64,000 nt of DNA from the human T2T-CHM13v2.0 reference genome, Homo sapiens: the NCBI RefSeq assembly GCF_009914755.1, contig NC_060929.1, one strand, 5' to 3'. The translations under genes were made by a program, and so were the position numbers. Below are positions 53,211 through 64,000 of the stretch, one piece after another. Position 1 is the stretch's first letter. Every line of letters starts with the position of its first letter. The notes beneath the pieces were generated by a model. It was given only the letters and a program-made list of their open reading frames with translations. It did no database searches and was not told the origin of the DNA.

Positions 53211-54577
53211 AGTTCAGTTGTTACCCCTTTTTGACATGTTTCTACATGGCAAATCAAGATCCCCAAAATTAGGTTTTAAAATATACCACTGACAACAGAT
53301 AGTAGTAATCTCTAATTCCATTTTAGCTATGCTTTTCACTGTAGCACAAATCCATCGAGCTCAGTGCAAACTGAAAATCTGATCCTATATAGAGGCAACT
53401 GTAAGCAAAGGGAAAAAGACAAACATTAAGGACACTGCTGGAAAACTATTTTACATGGTTGTACTATGTACATGTACTATGTATACCTCCTGATTGTTTG
53501 GAAATCTCTTATAGTTGTACAGTCTTTGGTTTGAATCTAATGAATAATGTGACTCTGAGCACTTGGGAGAAAAAGGGGCAGAATTACAAATGGTGCAGAT
53601 ATGTTGTGCAACCAGGCATTGTTGAGGAAAACGAAAGAATAACATTCATTGTTGTAATAAGCAGTCTGATCTTTTAGCCAGTGAAGCATCAGAACAAATA
53701 AATACAGTTGGTGATAACTGAAAAGGATTATCTTGAGATGATAATAAATGTATCTTGAGATGATAATAAAACGTGATTAAAAGTCTAGAGGAATAGTAGA
53801 TACTATTGTCTCAATTACATTAATCGTGAATACTGACCTTTCTAAAACATTTCTAATACTAGTTTCAGTCTACAAAATATTTGAAAATGCAGTTATTAAC
53901 AAGGAACAAAATCTAGTGACTATTACAATCACATCTTTCTATTCATAGTTTTCTGGGGTACTGAAATCTGCAAAAGAGAGATTGTGGAGGGAGTATGGTT
54001 ATGTGCCTTTATTACATAAATAATTTATAGTTCATCTAGTTTAGGAAATTCCTTATCTAGTATCATTGGGGTAAATCAGCATTATGAATTTATTTTTTTT
54101 TTACAATAACATTTACAGTAACATCTCTGAAGACTGGGATGATCAAGGAAAATAATTATCCTAAGTGAAAGTTAATTGAAAATCCATTTTGGCTTATCTT
54201 TGTTGAAAGTTGGTGAGCATGTCACTATCTGTGCTTTAGGGTCATCTTTTGGAATACCAAGAGTATCAATTATACCTTTAGTCTTTAGGATATGTAAATA
54301 AGTTGGTTTCATATAGTATATGTATACTTTAGCACAGGTTCAGGAAATTATTTGGAAGTCACTCTTTTAACTGTTAATATATCTCATTAGTGTGCTTTCT
54401 TATAGATGCCTTTTTAAAAAGCTGAATACATAAATAAAATATATAATGTTTTAGTATTTCTAATACATTATTAGATGAGAATTTGGCTAATTAAAATATT
54501 TGGTTAATTCATACATTGTATCAAGGTTCTACTTAGTAATCTTGCTTACAAGGTATCAAATAGAAATTAGGAAGACA

Positions 54578-54957
<380 letters not shown>

Positions 54958-57059
54958 TCATTGACAATAAAAATACTATATGTTATGTCTGTACTCTGAA
55001 ATCTATAAGAATAACATCTTTTGGAATTGGATTTGTCAGGCATCTGTTAAGTTTACAATTATGTCTCACACTTGCTTGTGGGCTGTTTTTCCAACATCCC
55101 TCTTAAATTCTGACAGTAAAACTGGAGTCTAGTTGCCTTTTTTTTTTTTTTATCTTCTTAAAATAAGAACCGTATTAAGTTTCCTGTCAAATTGGGAATG
55201 TCAGAGGGAATTTTTTTTTAAGAACAACAACAATCCTGTATAATACCTGAATTATTTTTTGAAATGTCAAACCTCAGAATATCTGTCATTTTTATGTGCT
55301 TTCAAGAAATCAGCCTGATGTACACTAGTATTTCAGAGACTCATCTTCTAGTTCAAGTTATAATTCTAGAAATGTCACTTTAATAGAATTATTCTTTAGA
55401 ATTTGGCTTATAAAAATATTTGTGCATATTTGATTGTTTTAGCCTTCCAGGAGTATAATGATATATTATTTACAGTAGTATATCTTCATTTCTTCTTTGT
55501 AAAACCCTTTTGCAAAAAGACACAAATTTTAAGTGAAAATAATTTTAATGCCATGATACACTCTCAAGTCACCGGTGTTAAATAGGCCAGTTTATGAAAG
55601 TCAACAGCAGTATCCTATCTTAACTCTGTTACCACAGTGATTCTATTCTGAACTTGGGATACTAGCCTTTACTGAGAGGATTGGGGAATCTGGGAAACCC
55701 TGGAAAAATTACATTAAAGGAAGATGTTGCTTCCTTCTGGTCTGGTTCTGGTCAACCAGGTAAAATGGGGTTTGAAACATTTCAATAAAATAAAGTTTAC
55801 CAAAGTCAGGTATAAAAAGTCTTCCTCTGTGAACTGAAGTAAATCCGATTATATAATTACAGTGTATATATAGTCACTGTTGCTAGAAAATATGTAATGT
55901 TGCTAGAATTTAGACTACCTGAGTTTTTCATTTTCAATTATGCTGCTTAAAATAAGGGAAGACATGTTAGAGGAGCTGCCTGTAAGTTGAGGTGGCATCC
56001 CGCTAGCTGTCTAGGGCCATTGAACTAAAGGGAGAATAGGAAACCTGTTGAATAGTATGTTGAGAAAAGAGCAGTGGAAATTGTTCAGTGAACTGTTTGA
56101 TTATGTACTGGATACAGGCACTCTGTTCAAGGTAGTGGAGAATATGTGAGATAAGAATACTACTTTGTGTCTCCTTTCCAATTTAGTGCAGAGGCAATGA
56201 CATTTTCAAAATTAAGAATAAAGAACAAAATTATGTTCAATAATTAGAAAAAATAATTATTTTTAAATGTTTTCAGAGAGAGAGAGAGAAAAATAAAGAG
56301 AAAAAATTTACAGTTCAATAGAATGACAGAAAGGGGGAAGCAAGTGCCCCAGAAAAGGAGAGGCATGCTTAGATGTAAGAATATTCTTTTCTTTAGATTG
56401 CCTTTGAAGATTATCAAGGCAGTTTTGTATGTTTTCAGCTGTAGGCACAACTGCAGTGTTCATTTCTAAGTACTTATTCCATATAGGATATAGGAAACTG
56501 AATTTCTACAATTCCTAAGTTAAATATGTTGGTTGATTTGTAGATATTAATACTTTCCTTGGAGTTGGAGAGGGTCCTGTTTCTCTACACTAAAGTGTCA
56601 GATCTAGAAGGACAGGGATGTTTATCTTGCTTACTTTGGTATTCCAAATACCTAGAACAGTGCCTAAGCATGTTGTAGACTAAAGTAAGAACTTAGAAAT
56701 ATGAGGTACTATAAATACTACTTTTAAGTCTAATAGTCAGTTGTCAACTCTGTAGCCCATGACAGGGTTGCTAACCTTTTATTTCATTTAAAGAGATTAG
56801 GTAGTGGGTAGGAGGGGCATCAAAGAGAATTCTTAGATTTTTGAGCCTGGAAGTCTGGAAGATGGGAGGGCTTTAACTGAAATGGGAGCCTTGGGAAGAG
56901 AATACATTTCAGAGGGAGTAGGATAAATTTGCCTTTAGAAATGCAGAGTTTAAGGTGCCAAACTTGGCTTAGCAAACTGAGGATATGGGTGAGTGGTTAG
57001 GCCCAGGGAGTCCTTTACCTAGAGGTGAGAGTTGAAGCCATCATTATAGATAAAACATA

Positions 57060-57300
57060 GTGATAATGATGGCCACCATTTATTGACCTCTTCCCATATG
57101 CCAGGCACTGTGCTTTATATATTAACATTTATGTATTGATCTCATCTCACCCTCATATCAACCTTGTTAATTAGATGCTACTGTTCACCATTTCATACTT
57201 GAGAACACTGAGGTTTAGCAAGGTAAGGTATCTTTCCCAGAGTCTCATAGCTGGTAAGTGGTAGAGCTAGGCTTTGAGTCTAGACCCATCTTACTCCAGA
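57060..57300 (-). mobile_element. MIR
   Basis: CATTTATTGACC...ATGCCAGGCACTGTGCT...GAGAACACTGAGGTTTAG...GCTGGTAAGTGGTAGAGCTAGG. Confidence 0.7.
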
Positions 57301-57624
57301 ATGATCAGCTAGCGCCAAGTGATTTGATGTACAAGAAAATGAGGCACCGAGCAAAGTGTCCTGAATACATTTTCTAGGAATCATTAGTAACCTTTAAGAT
57401 AACTCTTATTAGAGTTCTTATGTAGGGTTGGAGAACTGATTGCAAGGAGTAAAGGAATAAACACATGGAAAATTTTATAAAAATGGAAGTGGTGAGTTAT
57501 ATATTTTTTTTTTCCAAAAAGTTTAGTGATAAGGGAAAAGGAAGAAATAATAAGGTAAATTTGCAGAAACAAGAGAATTTGGGAGAATTTGGGAATTTCC
57601 TCATTTTTATCTTGTTTCAGGATT

Positions 57625-58500
57625 TCATTCATGCATACATGCATTCATTTATTTCAACGTATATTTATTGAGTTCCTATTCTCTGCGAGACATAGCAGGA
57701 AACAATACAAGGTCTCTCTTATCCTGGAGCTTAATTTTAATGGAGGTAGGGATGGATGTCAAGAAACACAACAAATAAATGAGCAAGCAAATAAGAAAAA
57801 CATGAATACTGATAAATACTGTACAAATAATTTAAAATAGGGTGTAACATAATTTCTGTGCTGTGTCAGCATAGAAATTTTTAGCTGTGTGATAGAAAAG
57901 GCCTGTCTCAGAGATGCTGTTTGAGAATCTGAAAGATGAGAAGTCAGCTAATAAGTAGGAAGAGAATTCTAGGCAGTGACAATAGGTAATGCCAAGGCCT
58001 TTAAGTGGGAAGAATCTCGACATATTGGATGGAGGCTAGTGAGCTTCAGAGAAGATGGTGTAAGCTCAGAGAGGTAGGCAGGCATCACATCATGTGGGAC
58101 TTTGTCAATTTGTGTAAGGAATATAGATTTTTTATTCTAAGTGAAACGGGAAGCCAACAGTTGGAGAGTTTTAAGCAGAGAGCTATACATGATGTGATTT
58201 GCATCTTAAAAGGAGCACCCTGATTGCTGTGTGGATAATACATTTGAGTGGGGGACAAAGCTGAAGACTAGATAATAGGTTTTTGCTCTTAATCACATAA
58301 GAGATCATAGTGGCTTGGACTGGAGTCCTTGTAGTAATAGAGATGGTGAGAATTGATTAGATATGGGATATGTTTGGAGAAGGATTTAACAGGATCTGCC
58401 ATTTATGGATTAGATGTGGGTTTTAAGTTAAAGAGGAATCACAGTGACCCCTACGTTTGAACAACTGGGTGAATGAATGGTGTTGTCTCTATTTAAATGG
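57625..58500. mobile_element. L2 fragment
   Basis: (CATT)n-like L2 terminus, TATTTATTGAG, and body motifs such as GGAGAGTTTTAAGCAGAG...GATGTGATTTGCAT. Confidence 0.7.
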
Positions 58501-58957
58501 GCAGTTTGAAATGGAGACTTGAGCATAATTGCAGATTGAAGTGAAGGATCCATTAGAAGGAGTAATATTGAAGTTTTTCAATATTCAAGGAAAGTAATTC
58601 ATGATATAGCAAGGTGCCAGAGGACATAGACACACAAGAGGAAACTGATTGAGACATACATGCAGGAGTTAGCCTTAAAAACCAGAGGGAAGGAGACAGA
58701 AGACACAGATTTCAATAAGGAAAGGAAGTAAGTTGAAAAGCGCATATTAGATGACTTTAATCTTTAATAAAATGCTAGACCAATTACTGTATTTAGTTAT
58801 GAACAGCTACATATTGTTTTGTGTTCCTCACATTAACTTTCTAATTGAAATACTTTAACAATTATGTTTATCCTTGTATAACCTATTTAATATGTATGTA
58901 TATTTATGAGCATGTGTGTGTACATATACATATATAAAAAATTTTTTTTTCAAACAG

Positions 58958-59064
58958 GTTGTAAGTTCTACAAATGGAGAGTTAAACACAGATGACCCCA
59001 CCGCAGGACGTTCAAATGCACCCATCACAGCCCCTACTGAAGTAGAAGTGATGGATGAAACCAA
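58958..59064 (+). CDS. CSNK1G3: CSNK1G3 exon 12 (107 nt): [35 protein letters not shown](K/N)
   Basis: Acceptor aaacAG after a T run, donor CAA|GTATGT (phase 2). Encodes the conserved CK1-gamma C-terminal segment. Confidence 0.95.
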
Positions 59065-59111
59065 GTATGTGTTTGTTTTACTTGTTTTAGTAACTTTTTG
59101 TTCTTAAATTA

Positions 59112-59572
59112 TGCATGCTTGAGATTTATAGTTACATACAATTATTTCAGGAAATTTTTTTCAGGGAATAGGTGCATGCAAAACAAGTGGTATGCTTAAT
59201 TATTTTAATCACTAGAATGAGTTTAAAATAGTGCTATTCCAGTAAACATTTTAATAATACAAAATATTTAAGAACTGTGTTCAAATTCTTATTTGGAATT
59301 AACAACATATTTTTAGCTTTTGAGTTTTAGGAGTGTTGATGCATGAAAGTTATTGATGTACTATCAATCTTTTTTCTGTAAGCATAAGAAATTAATTTTA
59401 TAAAATGCATGTTTTAATATTTTGAATTAGTTTTTTCAAAACATAAATTATAACAACATTGCTTGGAAAAAATTAAGCATGAAAAACAATGTGATAATTT
59501 CAATGTGAGCTGTTTCTGATTCTCTCTCTCTCTTTTTTTTCCTTGTATTTTTTTTTTTGTGTGTGCGTATAG
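59112..59572 (+). promoter_or_regulatory. RBFOX motif cluster and CU/U-rich tract upstream of the microexon
   Basis: TGCATG at 59112, 59173, 59340 and 59406, GCATG at 59477, (TC)n at about 59521-59533, TGC just before the acceptor. Confidence 0.7.
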
Positions 59573-59596
59573 CTGCCAGAAAGTGTTGAACATGTG
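59573..59596 (+). CDS. CSNK1G3: CSNK1G3 24-nt alternative microexon: (N)CQKVLNM(W)
   Basis: Long TC/T tract plus TAG acceptor ending 59572, strong donor GTG|GTGAGT. Phase 2-2 and open. Matches the recalled 8-aa insertion isoform of CK1-gamma3. Confidence 0.85.
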
Positions 59597-61639
59597 GTGA
59601 GTCTCAAGTGTAGGCAGGCAGAAATAGCTCCATTGACTGTAATTTCAAAGATTTAGCATCATTTTGTGTCTTTTGAAAACAAAACTCTCAACACAGTGAT
59701 TATAATTGGTAAAAGTTATTCAAAAGTATTTGATATCATTAAGATAGCTCTGAAAAGCAAGAAATAATTGTTTGAGGAGCTCTTTTGCCTGCTGCAACTT
59801 TTTTACTTTAAGTGACATAGATTTGGGGCCACTTTTTAATTGCATAGATGATACACCAACCCTGCTTGTGCTTGTGCATTTGTTTTATAATAGTTTTTAT
59901 TTGCTATTTAAATAGAAAGATAGATTTTTGCATTAAGCTTTCTTTTTTCTCTTTGCAATTGTTAAATACATGTAGCAGATCTCATCCCCCACAGTAGTAT
60001 CACTAAAACAGTATTTCATTTACTAACCAATTATCATTGCCCTTGAGTACAATATTGATAAATTTCATGATAACCTTGTAGTGAGAAAGCCATTTTAAAA
60101 ATCCTCATCTAAATGGTTGCTAATAATTGCAGATATTATGGAAAGTAACATTAATAGAAATAATTTTAGATTTAAATTATTTTCTGACATTTGCCTTTAA
60201 TTGTAATACTGTGCTTAAAATGCTTCTCTCAGTTTCAGGACAAATTTTGAGTCAGACTGGGAGTGAATAAAGGAAGTTGCTTAGTTTAGTAAATTTTGAA
60301 ATATTTTACTCATATCTAAAGGCACCTTATATAATTTTCAAAATTATGCTCATTTGTTGGCTGCAAAATTAGGAAACTTTTGTGGATTTTTTTTTGTTAA
60401 AGAGCAGTGATTAAGAATCCATTTTAATCACTTTTGACTATAGAATTTATTGACATAAGATTAAGACTAGTGTATGTCAGGATATAATTAGCTATATACT
60501 TGTATATTTTTATGAACTACAGAAATAAATCCGTGAAAGTATAGTCTTACTTGTGTGTTTTTAAATCAAATATAAAAACAACAGCTTATGTTTGGGAATT
60601 TTAGGTACAATCCTAAGACAGGAAAGTAGGGTGGTGGTGTGGCAGATTCGACTGCACATGTCCTTTGCAGTTAGACATAGGTTATAGAATCCTGTTTCTG
60701 CCACTTATTTGTTACCTTCAAGAAAGCTTGTTTCTTTTTCTGTAAAATGAAGCTAATAATACCTACTTCATAGGTTGAGAAAATTAAATGTGATAAAGCC
60801 CTGGTATTTTGTCTGGCACACGGCAGGTACTCAATAGCTATTATCACCCCTATTTATTTCTTCTCTTCCAACTGCTGGTGACGTTTCTCATCTCTGTTCT
60901 TGGGCTTGTGCCTCTTTTATCTGTGTCCTATATTTTTACTTCCATACACACACTCTTCACTGAAACTGGCTGTTCTGTGTTTACATCCTCCTGGAGACTT
61001 GCTTTTAATAAAATCTATTACATTTATCCATTTATTCATTCAGCAGTTACACTGCTGAGGTTTCTGACATACCTGATGCTGTCCTTGTTCTTAAGTAGAT
61101 TACAAGCCAGCAGGAAGATTGCAGTTGTACTAGTATATGTCAGTATGTGATTAATACGATAAAAAAGGTATTTTAAAAAATGGTTAGAGCTTGTAAAGAT
61201 AAAGATTACTTCCTGACCTGGATGATCAGAGAATACTTGATGGAGGTGGCTCTGAAGAATGGCACAGTTATTTAGTTGGGATGAGTGTGGGTGTGTGTTT
61301 GGGTCCCTATCTGTAGACACTGGAGGATGTGAAAGAAGAAAGTGGTGGGAAGGCTATTGCTATAGGAAGGGTTCTCCATTGCCTGCCACATCATGTCCAG
61401 ATTTCTTGGCATGGCACCAAGGCTTCTCATACCTGTCATAGTCTGGCCCATCTATTTTTGCAGCTCCGTTTTCCATTCTGAACTTTATATAGCATTGGTT
61501 CCTTAAATCTGCATTTGCTATGTTATCCTCTGTATGTACTTCCCACTTCTTGAAACTTACTGAATTTCTTGAAAACAGGTATTTTTTCATCCTCAGATTC
61601 CTAGTGGCTATATGTCCTAATAAATCATTACTAAATAAT

Positions 61640-61980
61640 TAACAATGTGGTATACCCATACAATGGACTGCCATTTGACAATATAAAGAAATGAAATTGA
61701 AAACATTGTGCTAAATGAAAGGAGCCAAACACAAAAGGCCACATGTTATGTGATTCCATTTAAATGAAATGTCCAGAATAGGCAAATACATAGACATCAA
61801 AAGATTAGTGATTGCCCAGGGCAGGGAAGAGGAGGATGGGATTTCTTTATGGAGTGATGGAAATGTTCTAAAATTAGATAGTGGTGATAGCTGCTCAATT
61901 CTGAATACTAAAAGACACTGAATTATATATTTTGAAAGGATAAAGTTTATAACGTGAAAAATATCTTAATAAAATGGTTG
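61640..61980 (+). mobile_element. L1M 3' UTR fragment
   Basis: ATGTGGTATACCCATACAATGG...TGTGATTCCATTTAAATGAAATGTCCAGAATAGGCAAA. Confidence 0.75.
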
Positions 61981-62194
61981 TTTTAAAAAAAGTATAGCAA
62001 CTCATAATATCAGTGAAGCCTTACTTCAGGTGGGTTAGGTAGGTTACAGAAATCCTCAGAACTTTCCTACCTCTTTGCTGATTAAACATTCTATTTAAAC
62101 AAGATTTTTTCTTTAGGTTTATTCTGACATTTCTACACGTTTGTTATTGTGTTCCTCATACCCTCTTAATCTGTGACTAAGAAATTTGAGCATG

Positions 62195-62328
62195 ATTTTT
62201 TTTCTTTTTTAAGAGATGGAATCTTGCTGTGTTGCCAAGGCTGGCCCTGAACTATTGGGCTCAAGTGATTTTCCTGCCCCAGCCCCCCCAGTAGGTGGGA
62301 CTATAGGTGCACACCATCATACCCAGCT
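62195..62328 (-). mobile_element. FLAM-type Alu monomer
   Basis: T run plus GAGATGGAATCTTGCTGTGTTGCCAAGGCTGG...GGGACTATAGGTGCACACCATCATACCCAGC. Confidence 0.8.
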
Positions 62329-62908
62329 CCTTTTCTAAATTGCATCTTATACTTCTCTTCTCTGTGCCACCATTTGACACGTAACTAGGGACCTGCTTAG
62401 AATTTTCTTTCAGAATTTCTTTTTCATCTTTCTTCTTACCTATAATTAGCAGAGATCCTTCTCACCCCACCCCATTTACTAGAATGTATTCTATAATGCA
62501 CATTTTAGCATCCTCATGTTTCCTGAGAATAGTATCTCATTGGGGTAAATACTTGATTTCCAAATGATGGAAAATACTCTATTCTCCCATATGGAAAATG
62601 ATGGAAAAGCTGATTAGCTTCATTAGTAATGAGGTTTTGTCTTTCTTGTTTACTGTAGCTGAGAATTTTAAGACAGGTAATACAAATGATAGCACCTTCA
62701 TCATTCCTTCCAGGAACTTAGGAAAACAAAATAATTTAGTTTAATTATTTACTTTTTAAGTAGTATGAAACCATCCTTTATTCTTTCTCTTTCCTTCTTC
62801 CAACATTTACCGAACAGATTATCATGTTTTGTAATGTGATGATTATTAAGGTATGTCAAAGTTTGCATACCATTAAGTTGGTTGGAAAGTATACTAACAA
62901 CTTTTATA

Positions 62909-63091
62909 CAATGGTTCTCAACCTTGATTTCACATTATAGTCACCTAGGGAGTTTTAAAGATGTACTAATACTTAGGCTGTATTTTCAAGGTTTCTGATT
63001 TTACTAGTTGGTCTGTGGTGGGGCCTGGTTATCAGTATTTTTAAAAAACTTCTAAGGTGACTCTAAGGAGCAGCCAGGGTTAAGGATCATT
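62909..63091. mobile_element. MER5A-like hAT-Charlie MITE
   Basis: CAATGGTTCTCAACCTTG...CAGCCAGGGTTAAGGATCATTG inverted termini, about 180 bp. Confidence 0.75.
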
Positions 63092-64000
63092 GGTCTAATA
63101 CAAAGTATTACATGATTAGCACTATAGGAAAGGGATAATTTTTACTGGAGTTCAGAAAATGGAGTATGTCCTCCTAGTTGGGAAGATCGGAGAAGTCCTC
63201 ATGGGTAAGGATGCATTTACACTAGTTCTCAAAGATGAGAATGATTTGGCAAGGGAAATGGATAGAAGGAGTCAGAGAGAAGAGGTTGACGCAAGGAAAG
63301 AATTGAACCAGTTGGAGGAGTAACTCATGCAGGCAGAGAATATATGAACACGTTAATGAAAACTGAGATAGGCTAATTTCCCAATCTCAGAGGGCCTTGG
63401 TAGCCAGTAACCAAATTTGGACATTATCTTTCTCAGCACAAGAAAGGAAGCCAAGAAATGACATGTGGTTTTAAGCCAAGAAACAATATGATCAGGTTGA
63501 TCCTTAGGAAAATTAATTTGGCAGCAGTTATGAGGCTTATGTCACTTCCTGGGGTTCAGCAGATTGCAGAAAATGGTTTAAAAATATAAATTAAGTTTTC
63601 CTATGAAACTAGATGGATAATTTCTATTTTGGGTTAGTATTCTCTAGTAAACAAACTATTCCTTAAAAAATGTTTTAAGATTATAGTATTGGACCATTTG
63701 TTTAGTTTCTATAATACTAAGTGTTCAGGACTTTGATAGTCTCTAGAACTGTAAAGATAAGTAAAGAATAATTTATTTCCTCAAGAGATCAGTTCAGTGA
63801 GGAAGAGAGAGGTATAAAAATTATAATACAAAGTGACAGAGACTGTATAACTCTTTTGGGAGAGAGCAAATGGATTTTAAGTGGAAAGAAGAGCATGTGC
63901 AAAGATACTGAGGTAAGAAATCCCACGTGGTGTGTTCTGGGAATGACAAGGAGATTTTTGCTTTTTCTTACTTTTCCCTTCCTTCCATTCATAGTATAGG

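Noticed and set aside
60809-61150. 113-aa hydrophobic ORF
   Set aside because: It has a non-ATG start, overlaps MIR/L2-like sequence, and shows no recognisable domain or splice support.
59597-64000. Terminal CSNK1G3 exon (CCCFFKRRKRK...) and polyadenylation site
   Set aside because: I found no such coding sequence after the microexon, so it must lie beyond the window.

Overview
This is primate, very probably human, genomic DNA covering most of the casein kinase 1 gamma 3 gene (CSNK1G3) on the + strand. Twelve coding exon segments splice in frame with GT-AG boundaries. They run from the Gly-rich loop exon (cut by the window start) through [15 protein letters not shown] and TARYMSIN to the C-terminal tail. 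The last coding exon (CCCFF...) lies beyond the window. Exon numbers assume one upstream non-coding exon. The introns are AT-rich and filled with Alu/FLAM, L1, L2, MIR, MaLR/ERV LTRs and DNA transposons, including a full-length decayed Hsmar1 mariner. Nearly all long ORFs in the supplied track are repeat-derived or spurious. I see no evidence for a new gene or a wholly new system. The most interesting signals are splicing-related: a 24-nt microexon preceded by a dense RBFOX motif cluster, a 96-nt cassette exon flanked by RBFOX/QKI motifs, a NAGNAG acceptor, and exon phases plus inverted Alus that could give stop-free circRNAs. Several locally templated duplications and insertions are also visible. 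Repeat family names come from recalled consensus sequences, not from a database search.
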